32,690 nucleotides of DNA from an uncultured Candidatus Bathyarchaeia archaeon. GTDB taxonomy: Archaea; Thermoproteota; Bathyarchaeia; TCS64. Location of the stretch: positions 1 to 32,690 of the forward strand of contig CAZVMI010000004.1 of assembly GCA_964628365.1 (NCBI GenBank), given 5' to 3'. The position numbers and the translations under genes are program-made. Shown here piece after piece: positions 15,652 through 24,443 of the stretch. Positions within the stretch are counted from its first letter, which is position 1. Each line of letters begins with the position of its first letter. Below the pieces are notes generated by a model. That model did not search any database. It was given only the letters and a program-made list of their open reading frames with translations, and had not been told where the DNA came from.

Positions 15652-16449
15652 TTAGCCAAGGAAGAATGAGGACAGAAGGCCCAACGAACACACCGCTACG
15701 ACAAGGGAGCCTAAACCTACGCAGAGCTTCCAGAAGCTGACCCTCTTCACCACCCTGAGCAGCAGATCTATCGATAACATGCCGGACACGAACGCGGCTA
15801 AAATGCCGACGATGGTTGAGGAATCGAGGCCAGACGGCCCCCTCAGGAGTAGGAGGCCGATCGAGGCCGCGAAGGAGGCGGGGATGCTCATCAGGAAGGA
15901 TACCCTGAAGGCGTCCTCCCCCCTGAATCGTCTGAAGAGGAGCGCGGAAGTAGTGAGGCCTGACCTAGATAAGCCCGGGATAACTGATAGTCCCTGGATC
16001 GAGCCTAGTATGACGCCGTCCCTCAGGCCGAGGACCATATCATTATCCTCTGAGCGGGGCGACGCCCTCTGTATGAGACCCGTAGAGATCAGCGCCAAAC
16101 CCGTTAGGCCGAGGACGGCCTCACCGTAGCCGAACGAGGATTCTAGGAACAGGAATACGGGGAGACCAACTAGGCCTGTGCACAGGGTCGAGACTAGGAG
16201 AAAGTTGAACATCCCCCGGCTCGCCTCGTCGCGTCGCAGGAGAATGCTGAAGATGTCCCTCCGGAGATAGACGAGGGCGGCAAAGCCGGTTCCTATGTGA
16301 AGGTAGACCGAGTAGCTGAGGGCCTGAGATGCGTCCTGCCCGAGTAGCGCCATCAGGACCAGAATGAGGTTGCCCCTACTGGATATCGGCAACCACTCGA
16401 GCAGCCCCTGAATTAGCCCTATAATCACGGCGTTCTGGACCGATGGCAC
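15652..16449 (-). CDS. uppP: undecaprenyl-diphosphate phosphatase (UppP/BacA family)
   Basis: GLIQGLLEWLPISSRGNL and SVIPGLSRSGLTTSA are the two BacA signature regions. The protein is polytopic. Confidence 0.85.
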   Translation of the reverse strand: MPSVQNAVIIGLIQGLLEWLPISSRGNLILVLMALLGQDASQALSYSVYLHIGTGFAALVYLRRDIFSILLRRDEASRGMFNFLLVSTLCTGLVGLPVFLFLESSFGYGEAVLGLTGLALISTGLIQRASPRSEDNDMVLGLRDGVILGSIQGLSVIPGLSRSGLTTSALLFRRFRGEDAFRVSFLMSIPASFAASIGLLLLRGPSGLDSSTIVGILAAFVSGMLSIDLLLRVVKRVSFWKLCVGLGSLVVAVCSLGLLSSFFLG

Positions 16450-16525
16450 AGGATTGAGGTAGCGGAGTGGGTTAAAACTTCTCCTAGAAAATGTTTTAAA
16501 AATGGATCGAAAAACTGGGAAGCTT

Positions 16526-16551
16526 ATTTACTCCGTCTTCGTTGAGTAAAT
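16526..16551 (+). promoter_or_regulatory. perfect 8-bp inverted repeat ATTTACTC-N10-GAGTAAAT overlapping the annotated ATG
   Basis: Read directly from the sequence. The right arm includes the A and T of the ATG at 16550. A second in-frame ATG at 16562 gives MKVLVLYG. Confidence 0.4.
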
Positions 16552-17443
16552 GGGAAACCAGATGAAGGTCCTAGTGCTATACGGGTCTACCCCCAGTAAG
16601 AACAGCGAGGAGCTCGCCGACGCAGCGAGGCGACTCGGACACGACGTTATAGCGGGTAACATCGGGGAAATATCCTCGGAGGTCTCCGGAAAGGGGTCGA
16701 GGTTCTGGCTTGGGGAGGAGGAGATAACGGCATCAAAACTATGCCTTCTAAGGAGCTTCGGCCCTGGCTCGTGCGAGCAGATGACGAGGAGGATCAGCAT
16801 GATCGAGCACATGGAGATGGCGGGGATCAGGGTCGTAAACCCGTGCTACGCCTTCCGCAGGGCGAGGGACAAGTACGCCACCCAGTACATGCTCGCCAGC
16901 GCCGGGCTGCCGGTGCCGCTCACCTTCACGACGGAGAGCCTCGCCGCCGGCTACAACGCCTCGAAGAGCATGGGGGAGTTCATCTATAAACCGATCCTCA
17001 GCAGCATGGGGAAGGGGTCGATGAAGTTCGAGGACGCGGACCTCGCATACAACGCCTACAAGATGCTCAGCCGCTTCAACCAGCCGCTCCTGATCCAAAA
17101 GTATGTCCAGAATCCTGGCAGGGATATCAGGGTCTTCGTGATAGGCGACAGGGTGGTAGGCTCAGCCTACAAGTACAGGGCACAGGGGAACTGGAAGACG
17201 AACGTCGCCCAAGGTGGCCGCATGACCGACGAGCCCATCCCTGAGGAGATCCTTGAGCTGGGGCTGAGGGCGACGAAGGTGATGGGCCTCGACTACGCGG
17301 GCGTGGACGTGATGGAGTCTCCTGAAGGCCCGGTCATCCTCGAGGTGAACGGCGCGCCCGGTTGGCAGGCGCTGAACAAGGCCGTCGACATAAGCGTCTC
17401 GGACGAGGTAGTGAGGTACGCGGAGAGTCTCGTTGTTGGCTGA
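16550..17443 (+). CDS. RimK-family ATP-grasp alpha-L-glutamate ligase (RimK/CofF/MptN/LysX-like)
   Basis: ATP-grasp pattern: FIYKPILSSMGKG, LLIQKYV...GRDIRVFVIG, WKTNVAQGG, GLDYAGVDVME...PVILEVNGAPGW. Confidence 0.8.
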   Translation: MGNQMKVLVLYGSTPSKNSEELADAARRLGHDVIAGNIGEISSEVSGKGSRFWLGEEEITASKLCLLRSFGPGSCEQMTRRISMIEHMEMAGIRVVNPCYAFRRARDKYATQYMLASAGLPVPLTFTTESLAAGYNASKSMGEFIYKPILSSMGKGSMKFEDADLAYNAYKMLSRFNQPLLIQKYVQNPGRDIRVFVIGDRVVGSAYKYRAQGNWKTNVAQGGRMTDEPIPEEILELGLRATKVMGLDYAGVDVMESPEGPVILEVNGAPGWQALNKAVDISVSDEVVRYAESLVVG

Positions 17444-17810
17444 GAGCCTCGCCAAGATACCCATCAGGGTGAGGATAGTCGACGTGGGCGAGGCCTTAGG
17501 AGAGTTCAACAGGCTCACCGCACCTTTGACCGTGGGAGACATAATTAAGCGCCTACCGATAAATGGGAGGACGACGCCGGCGCAGGGCTGCGTCTCGATC
17601 CTCCTCGGGCTTAAGAGGGGCGTCGAGAAGCCCGTAGCACAGGTCGATGCAGGGACAATCGTCTACTGGCCAAGAGCTGGCGCCCTCTGCATATACACTG
17701 AAGCCACTAAACCGTACAGCCCCGTCAACAAGGTCGGCGTAATAACGTCTAACCTTGAAATCTTCATGGACCTTAGGAGCGGCTCGAGGATAATAATCGA
17801 GGCCGCCTAG
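17433..17810 (+). CDS. cyclophilin-like fold protein (TM1367-like, PF04126-type)
   Basis: Resembles the TM1367 family layout: LP..., then GTIVYWPRAGALCIYTEATKPYSPVNKVGVI (compare GdvgYWPpGkALClFfG...vNviG). TTG start with GGAGAG 6 nt upstream. Overlaps the RimK stop by 11 nt. Confidence 0.55.
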   Translation: MLAESLAKIPIRVRIVDVGEALGEFNRLTAPLTVGDIIKRLPINGRTTPAQGCVSILLGLKRGVEKPVAQVDAGTIVYWPRAGALCIYTEATKPYSPVNKVGVITSNLEIFMDLRSGSRIIIEAA

Positions 17811-18109
17811 TTGTTCTTCGCCAGGGCATAGACTTTCAGGTTGCTGCTCTGGGAGACTAGTTCGATCTGTCCCTTCCCCCTCAGCTCCTCTAGCATCTTC
17901 TTAGCGACACTCGTCTTCAGGTTGAACTGGCTCGCGACTGCTGGCGGCGTGATGGCCTTCATCTTCTTCAGGGCGTCCATGACCTCCGGGCTTCCGGCGT
18001 CCGGGATGTTGACCGAGCCGATGATCTTCTCCTTCTTCTTCTCCTCCTTCTTCTCGCCCTCGGTCTCCTGGGTCTTCTCCATCTTCTTCAGGCTTTTCTT
18101 GCCGGGCAT
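17807..18109 (-). CDS. rps25e: 30S ribosomal protein S25e (eS25)
   Basis: Lys/Glu-rich N-terminus followed by the wHTH ITPPAVASQFNLKTSVAKKMLEELRGKGQIELV, as in eS25. Confidence 0.85.
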   Translation of the reverse strand: MPGKKSLKKMEKTQETEGEKKEEKKKEKIIGSVNIPDAGSPEVMDALKKMKAITPPAVASQFNLKTSVAKKMLEELRGKGQIELVSQSSNLKVYALAKNN

Positions 18110-18176
18110 ACTGGTTCATGGAAAAGACGCTGGGGCGCATTGATAAAGTTGACGCCCACATCTGGGAGCCTAGGGC

Positions 18177-21100
18177 TCACTTCTCTACCTTAACTAGGCT
18201 GAGCCTCAGGCTGTAAGCCCCTATTTCGAAGGCGCCCTTGAAGGCGCCCTCGGGTGGTTCACCGGGGTCGAGGGCTTTGCTGAGTGTCTCCGCCTTTATG
18301 TAGTCTGCCTCCTCCTGGAACACCTCGACGAGTTCCGGGTCAGCTTGGTAGTATGTCACTATGTCGTCGTTTATGTTGAAGTTGGCCTCCTTCCTGAGGG
18401 CCTGTATTCTCCTGACGATGTCCCTCGCGAGCCCCTCGGCGCCGAGCTCGTCCGTTATTGCGGTGTTCACGCCGACGAGAAGGCCGTCCTCCTCCATCAC
18501 AGAGTAGCCCTCCTTGGGGGCTGATTCTATCTCGACCTCGTCGGGGAGGACCTCTATATCGGTGCCCTCTACGTTGACTCTGACCGGCTTGCCCTCGGTA
18601 ATCCTATCGACCTCCTCTTGACCTAGCGCCTTCACGGCTTCCGCTACCTTCACGAAAAGCCTCCCGTGCTTCCGACCCAGCAGTCTCGGCACCGGTTTAA
18701 CTGTGCGGCTCTCAACAATGCTACGGTCCGATGTGATCTCAAGGTCCTTCACGTTTAGCTCCTCACGTATCAGGTCAGACACCCTTACGAGCCTGTCGAA
18801 GGAGTTTGACTCTGTAATCACGACCGCCTCTCTAAGAGGCTGCCTGAGCTTTATTCCAGTCCTGCTCCTCGCCGATCTCCCAAGGCTACTGACGGTTATT
18901 GCTAGGTCCATGTCGGCGATGAGGTCTTCGTCCACGAGCCTAGCGTCGTAGGTCGGCCAGTCGCAGTGGTGGACGCTCTCGGGCGCCCCCTGCTCGGCGA
19001 CCCTGACCAGCCTCTGATACATCGCCTCCGAGAGGTGGGGTGTCACAGGCGCCATGAGCAGCGTCAGCGTCCTAAGACAAGCATATAGGGTCGAGTAGGC
19101 GGCTCTCTTCTCATCGTCGGCCTCGGTCTTCCAGAACCTCCTCCTGCTTCTACGGACATACCACTTCGACAATAGATCGACGAACCGTTCGATCTCCTGT
19201 GTCACGCTGTAGACGTCGTAGTTTTCGAGGGACTCCGTGCTCCTCTTCATGAGTACGTTGAGCTTCGCGAGTATCCACCTGTCGAGGGGGGATAGCTCCG
19301 CTGGTCTCTGCTCCGGCGCCCACTTGTCGAGGTTGGCGTAGATGGTGAAGAAGTTGTATACGTTGAGAAGTGTCATGAAGAAGAGGCGCCTGACCTCGCC
19401 CGCCTTAGTGTAGCCGAAGAGGACATCGTTCTCAGGATGGGCCGTGCAGTATATCCACCTTATCACGTCTGCGCCCATGTTCTCCACGGCGTCGTCGAAC
19501 CAGATCGCAGTCCCCCGGCTCTTGTGCATCTCGCGTCCGTCCTCGGCGAGGACGTTACCATGTCCTAGGCAGATTTTGTATGGCGTCCGCCTTTCGAGGA
19601 TGGTGCTCATCGCGAGCATGCTGTAGAACCAGTTCCTGAACTGGCCGGGAAATGACTCTGTGATGAAGTCGGCCGGGAACCACTTCTCCCAGTAAGCCTT
19701 GTTTTGCCGGTACTGCAAGGTGGAGTATGCTACTATGCCGGCGTCAAGCCAGGGGTTACCGACGTCCGGCACCCTCGACGCAAGTCCGCCGCATCTCTCG
19801 CACCTGATCTTCACGGCGTCTATGTAGGGCTTGTGGGGGCTGTGACCCTCGAACTCGTCCCATCCCTCGGCGGCACGCTCCTTAAGCTCCTCGTGGCTGC
19901 CGACAATGTCGAACCATCCGCAGTTGCAGACCCAGATGGGGAGGGCTAGCCCCCAGTAGCGTTTCTTGCTTATCATCCAGTCGTCCATGTTACGGAGCCA
20001 GTCGAGCTCACGTTTCAGGCCGAACTCCGGTATCCAGCGCACCTGGCTGGCGGACTCTATTATCTGGAAGCGGAGATTAGCATCCTTCTCCTCCTGCGTG
20101 ACCTCCTCGAGAGGTCGTTCGGTCTTCTTCCCCATTGATATGAACCACTCTGAGACAAGCCTGAAGACCAGTTCGCTCCCGCAGCGCCAGCAGACTGGGT
20201 ACCTGTGGGTGACCTTCTGTGTCCTGAGCAGCAATCCCTTTTTCCTCAGGTCCTCGAAGATTGGCTCGGCGGAGTCGTAGACATGGATGCCTGTGAGCCA
20301 ACCAAACCCAGCGATTATGACGCCGTACTCGTCGAGGGGCGCTACCGCCGGCAGGTTGTACTGTTTCCCGAGCTCGAAGTCCTCTTTACCTGCGCCTGGG
20401 GCGATGTGGACCAGCCCTGTCCCCTCGGTCTCCCCAACCTGCTCCCACATGATCACCCTGTGCGCATCAGGAACTCCGAGCTTATTGGGAACCTCGAGCT
20501 CGTCGTATGGGCCAATATATGTCCAGCCCTCCATCTCTGAGCCCTTAAACTCCTCCAGAACCTCGTAGCTTCCTCTCTTGAAGACGCTCCCAATCGTGCC
20601 CTTCGAGAGGTAAAAGACCTCGTCGTCGTACCTTACCTTCACGTAGATCAGGTCGGGGTGGGCGGCGACGGCGACATTACTGGTCAGGGTCCAGGGGGTC
20701 GTCGTCCAGATCAGGAGGCTCCCCTCCCTGTCCCTGAGAGGGAACCTGAGGTATACGCTCGTGTGGGTAAGCTCCTGGTAACCCTCTGTGACGATCTCGT
20801 GCTGGCTGATCCCGGTGCTACAGCGTGGGCACCAGGGCATAGAGTCCTGCCCCTTGTAGATCCAGCCTCTCTCGTGGCAGCTCTTCAGGGCCGCCCAGAT
20901 CATGTAGTTGTTCTCGTCGCTGAGGGTGAAGTAGCTGCCGCCGAACCCGGGCGACCCGAGCATGCCGACCAGATGCTCCGCTGTGCCCTTCACCGGCCCC
21001 ATGGAGCTCACGTAGGTGGTTACCTTCAGCGGGTCCTCCATCGCCTTGGAGAGCTTCACAAGCTCCGCTGGGTTGTCCCAGTCCATCCACATGCCTAGGC

Positions 21101-21512
21101 GGATCGACTGCTCCGTCTGCTTCGCGGCGTACTTGAGGACCCTCTGCTTGCACCGTTTCACGAACTCGGCGACGCCGTAAGCCTCTATGTCCCGCTTGGA
21201 CTCAAAGCCTAGCTCCTTCTCGACCTCGACCTCCACCCATAGACCCTGGCAGTCGAATCCGTTCTGGTAACGGATCTCCCGTCCCCGCATCGCCCAGAAG
21301 CGTTGCCAGAGGTCCTTGTAGGTCCGCCCCCAGGCATGGTGGACGCCCATCGGGTTGTTCGCGGTGATGGGTCCGTCTATGAAGCTCCACTTTGGCTTGC
21401 CCTTGCTCAGCGCGCGCCTATTCTCGAAGGCGCTGGTCTCCTTCCAGAACTGCTGCACCTCGTACTCCAGCTTGGGTATGTCGATCTTGCTGTCTATGGG
21501 CTCGAAGGTCAT
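18177..21512 (-). CDS. ileS: isoleucine--tRNA ligase
   Basis: WTTTPWTLTSN (IleRS-specific CP1 motif), GTGLVHIAPGAGKEDFELG, zinc knuckles CPRCSTG/CWRCGSE, and a class I fold. The signature motifs are divergent: GVHH for HIGH and EMHKS for KMSKS. Confidence 0.85.
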   Translation of the reverse strand: MTFEPIDSKIDIPKLEYEVQQFWKETSAFENRRALSKGKPKWSFIDGPITANNPMGVHHAWGRTYKDLWQRFWAMRGREIRYQNGFDCQGLWVEVEVEKELGFESKRDIEAYGVAEFVKRCKQRVLKYAAKQTEQSIRLGMWMDWDNPAELVKLSKAMEDPLKVTTYVSSMGPVKGTAEHLVGMLGSPGFGGSYFTLSDENNYMIWAALKSCHERGWIYKGQDSMPWCPRCSTGISQHEIVTEGYQELTHTSVYLRFPLRDREGSLLIWTTTPWTLTSNVAVAAHPDLIYVKVRYDDEVFYLSKGTIGSVFKRGSYEVLEEFKGSEMEGWTYIGPYDELEVPNKLGVPDAHRVIMWEQVGETEGTGLVHIAPGAGKEDFELGKQYNLPAVAPLDEYGVIIAGFGWLTGIHVYDSAEPIFEDLRKKGLLLRTQKVTHRYPVCWRCGSELVFRLVSEWFISMGKKTERPLEEVTQEEKDANLRFQIIESASQVRWIPEFGLKRELDWLRNMDDWMISKKRYWGLALPIWVCNCGWFDIVGSHEELKERAAEGWDEFEGHSPHKPYIDAVKIRCERCGGLASRVPDVGNPWLDAGIVAYSTLQYRQNKAYWEKWFPADFITESFPGQFRNWFYSMLAMSTILERRTPYKICLGHGNVLAEDGREMHKSRGTAIWFDDAVENMGADVIRWIYCTAHPENDVLFGYTKAGEVRRLFFMTLLNVYNFFTIYANLDKWAPEQRPAELSPLDRWILAKLNVLMKRSTESLENYDVYSVTQEIERFVDLLSKWYVRRSRRRFWKTEADDEKRAAYSTLYACLRTLTLLMAPVTPHLSEAMYQRLVRVAEQGAPESVHHCDWPTYDARLVDEDLIADMDLAITVSSLGRSARSRTGIKLRQPLREAVVITESNSFDRLVRVSDLIREELNVKDLEITSDRSIVESRTVKPVPRLLGRKHGRLFVKVAEAVKALGQEEVDRITEGKPVRVNVEGTDIEVLPDEVEIESAPKEGYSVMEEDGLLVGVNTAITDELGAEGLARDIVRRIQALRKEANFNINDDIVTYYQADPELVEVFQEEADYIKAETLSKALDPGEPPEGAFKGAFEIGAYSLRLSLVKVEK

Positions 21513-21550
21513 GGCTAAACCTCTGTGTGTCTCCTTAAAAATGAACGTGT

Positions 21551-21603
21551 ACAGGTGTCGGTTCTAGTTTTACGGTTGAATTTTATGGTCACCGGACACC
21601 TGT
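21551..21603. promoter_or_regulatory. imperfect 11/12-bp inverted repeat ACAGGTGTC(C)GG around a 30-nt AT-rich spacer, upstream of ileS
   Basis: Left arm 21551-21561 is ACAGGTGTCGG. Right arm 21592-21603 is CCGGACACCTGT. There is one bulged C. It lies between the stop of the 104-aa ORF and the ileS TATA-like TTTTTAA (minus strand, about 26 nt from the ATG). Confidence 0.4.
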
Positions 21604-21682
21604 GGCACCGGAGAAGAGGAATTCCACTATGCAATAAAAAGATTGGGGTCCCCTCACTCCGCGAAGTCATGGGAGCCGGCAT

Positions 21683-21997
21683 CTAAACAAAGGGCGAGGT
21701 ACTTGGCAGTATCCACTCGAACCATATCTTGATCGCCTGATCGTCGGTTTCCACAGACGAAGCCGAGACGTTTAGCAGCGCCACCGTGGACAGAAGCTGG
21801 GCCATCTCCCCTGAATTTACCTCTTTCACTTCTCCGACCCATACTGTGAGCCTAGCGCCTCTCAGCTCGACGTACCTGATGCCAACTACCTTGTTAAGGC
21901 GCTCCAAGAAATCGGCGACGGCTTTCCCGTCGAAGGAGTAGTTGAAGCCGATGGCCCTTATCTCGGCTATCTTCTTCTCCAGTGGATCGCTCAACAC
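21683..21997 (-). CDS. hypothetical protein
   Basis: 104-codon ORF with a GTG start, 29 nt downstream of tatD on the same strand. No family recognised. A T-run (CTTTTTATT, minus strand) follows the stop. Confidence 0.4.
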   Translation of the reverse strand: MLSDPLEKKIAEIRAIGFNYSFDGKAVADFLERLNKVVGIRYVELRGARLTVWVGEVKEVNSGEMAQLLSTVALLNVSASSVETDDQAIKIWFEWILPSTSPFV

Positions 21998-22026
21998 AAA
22001 TCAAGGTTGGAGGGGAGGCTTCGAAC

Positions 22027-22830
22027 TTAACGTTTGCGGGAGCCTGAACCTATGAGCCTCTTCAGGTTCTCCGTCGCGGCGGAGCCGATCTCCTGCCTGC
22101 TCATCCCCTTGATCCTACCCACTACGTCGCATACTTGGACTATGTCCCACGGCTTGTTTGAGTCTGTCTCAGTGACCATGAGCCTCAAAGGGACCCGTCT
22201 TATCGCCGCCTCAAGCTCAGGCGTCATGGCCTGGACCTGCCTGAGCCCCATTGAGAGGTGGACGCCGAGCCTCTCGCACCGCTCGACGTAGGCGGCGTCC
22301 TTCGAAAAGCCGTGGATGACCGCGCCTGTCTTCGCGGCGTGGGTTTCCTCGAGGATGTCGAGGGCCTCCTGTCCGGGTGCCCTGTCATGGACGATGACGG
22401 GTACACCCAGCTCTTGGGCTAGCCCTATCTGGCCCCTGAGTGCGGCTCGCTGGATCTCCTTGTCGACGTACTTCTCCTCCCTCACCCACTGCTTGTTCAT
22501 CCTGCCGGTGTAGTCCAGGCCTATCTCTCCGACGGCGACGACCTCGGGGTTCCTGGCTAGGCTCTTGAACTTGTTCCTGATCTCGTCGTTGAACTCATCG
22601 GAGTACCATGGATGGACGCCGACGCTCACCTTGATGCTCCTGTGCATCTTCGCCTTCCTTATCGCGACCTCCGCGGAGGCAATATCGAGACCCATCGTGA
22701 TCATGAGCTCAAGGCCGGCTTCCTCAGCCTTCTCAACCCCTTCAGGGCTTATGTCGCCAAGGTGACAGTGGCTCTCCGAGTACATTTCAACCAAGATAAA
22801 AGAGGTACGATGGTTAAAGGATGATCCCAA
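22027..22830 (-). CDS. TatD family metal-dependent hydrolase
   Basis: SHCHL near the N-terminus, GVHPW, GEIGLDY, VIVHDR and HGFS motifs. The true start is probably the internal ATG at 22785 (MYSESHCHL). Confidence 0.85.
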   Translation of the reverse strand: MGSSFNHRTSFILVEMYSESHCHLGDISPEGVEKAEEAGLELMITMGLDIASAEVAIRKAKMHRSIKVSVGVHPWYSDEFNDEIRNKFKSLARNPEVVAVGEIGLDYTGRMNKQWVREEKYVDKEIQRAALRGQIGLAQELGVPVIVHDRAPGQEALDILEETHAAKTGAVIHGFSKDAAYVERCERLGVHLSMGLRQVQAMTPELEAAIRRVPLRLMVTETDSNKPWDIVQVCDVVGRIKGMSRQEIGSAATENLKRLIGSGSRKR

Positions 22831-22845
22831 TTAACGGGGGTGGCT

Positions 22846-23841
22846 TCAACCGACCCTCCTTTCTTGACTCTTCAGCACCCATTTGGCGTATTCTACGAAA
22901 CCTACTATGCTTGAGTAGAACACCGAAGAGTCTGACCGCTCCGCCTCAAGGGTCAGTCTCAGCATCGGGTCCTCCTCCTTGAGCTGCTCGTAGATCTCAG
23001 CTATGTTCCTCCCTTCACTGACAGCCTTCGTCACTATCCCGTCCCAGAGCATGACCTGTTCCCTATGAAGCTTGAGCTTCTTCACCGCCTCATAGGCGTA
23101 GCCGAAGTGGCTGTAGCAGACGATCTCTGGCCGGAGCTCTATCAGTCTGTCCAGGCTCTCGACCGCCTTCTTGGGGTTGAATGGGGGCGGTGATGCCGGG
23201 AGGATCGCGCCGAGCCTCTGAGAGTACGTGCCGCCAGAGTCTCCAAGGATCAGTATCCTGTTGTCTGGCTCGAAGAAGCTCTGGTTGTGCGAGGCGTGAC
23301 CCGGCGTCCAGATGACCTTCAACGTGAGGCCCCCGAGGTCGAGGGCCACGCCGTCCTCAGACTCGGTTATCTTAAGGAGGGAGATGGGCCGCATCTCGCC
23401 GTACTTATTCACCCTGTCCCCGAAGAACCGCGTGGCGTTCTCGACGAGCTTCCTCGGGTCGGTGAGATGCTCCGCCCCCCTCGGATGGACGAACACGTCG
23501 GCGTCCGGGTACGACTCCAGGAGGCTCCACGCCCCACCAGCGTGGTCCATGTGAATGTGGGTCAAGGCGACGTATCTTAGTGAGTCGACCTTTAGACGCC
23601 TCAGCTCATCGAGAACGCCTTGAACCATGGCTGTGGGACCGGGGTCTATTACCACGGGCTCTCTCGCCTTGACGAGGTACGTGCCGAGTACACCCAACTC
23701 TCCGTGGAAGGGAGCGTCGATCAGGTATACTGGGCCTAAGATCTGCTGGGAAGGCATGATTAGCCTCAACTTTTTCCACGATTTAACGGTGTCGGGAGCC
23801 GAGCCTAGTATTGTAGAGGAGGCGAAGTAAGAGGTAATCAA
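22846..23841 (-). CDS. MBL-fold metallo-hydrolase
   Basis: LTHIHMDHAGG motif, TPGHASHN, SHFG. The likely start is the ATG at 23757 (MPSQQILGPVYLID). Confidence 0.8.
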   Translation of the reverse strand: MITSYFASSTILGSAPDTVKSWKKLRLIMPSQQILGPVYLIDAPFHGELGVLGTYLVKAREPVVIDPGPTAMVQGVLDELRRLKVDSLRYVALTHIHMDHAGGAWSLLESYPDADVFVHPRGAEHLTDPRKLVENATRFFGDRVNKYGEMRPISLLKITESEDGVALDLGGLTLKVIWTPGHASHNQSFFEPDNRILILGDSGGTYSQRLGAILPASPPPFNPKKAVESLDRLIELRPEIVCYSHFGYAYEAVKKLKLHREQVMLWDGIVTKAVSEGRNIAEIYEQLKEEDPMLRLTLEAERSDSSVFYSSIVGFVEYAKWVLKSQERRVG

Positions 23842-23849
23842 AGCTCAGT

Positions 23850-24419
23850 CTAGCGGTCTCTTGTTGCCAAGGAGAAGAACGCGGACAGGAGTATTGATCC
23901 GCCTACTAGGATGATGAAGATCGGCAGCATCGATCCCCAAGCTATGACGTCGGCACCGTACTCTCTGAAGGCGTATCCCAGTGCCACACCGAAGAGCCCT
24001 CCTGTGATGTCGCTGACTACTGCGGAGAGGCGATTTCCGACTCCCCATCTTATGAAGCCTGAGAGGATCTCCCACCCGCCGAACGCCAGGAAGAAGAGGG
24101 ACACAGGCTCCACGAGCACCACGGGGAGCGCCGTCGGCCCGGAGGACTCCCACTCTTTGAACCAGTCGATGAACCATTGTCCGATCACGGGATACTGGAG
24201 GAACACCCAGGCGACGATGATGAGGAAGACACCGAAGCCTACCCCGCCCATGTAGTCGGGCTCGCGGCGGCGCCACTCACCTCTCGCCTCACGGGCTGGG
24301 CCGGTCGTTGGGCTGCTGAGCTTCTGCCCGCATCCGTCACAGTAGACGGCGCCCTCAGGCAGCTCCTTCCCGCACCTCGGGCAATAGACCATACAACGCA
24401 CCTTTGAACGAAAATTCAA
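23850..24419 (-). CDS. zinc-ribbon domain membrane protein
   Basis: N-terminal CPRCGKELPEGAVYCDGCG zinc ribbon followed by about four hydrophobic helices. The likely start is the ATG at 24392 (MVYCPRCG). Confidence 0.5.
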   Translation of the reverse strand: MNFRSKVRCMVYCPRCGKELPEGAVYCDGCGQKLSSPTTGPAREARGEWRRREPDYMGGVGFGVFLIIVAWVFLQYPVIGQWFIDWFKEWESSGPTALPVVLVEPVSLFFLAFGGWEILSGFIRWGVGNRLSAVVSDITGGLFGVALGYAFREYGADVIAWGSMLPIFIILVGGSILLSAFFSLATRDR

Positions 24420-24443
24420 GGTCCAAGATATAAACAGTGCTTC

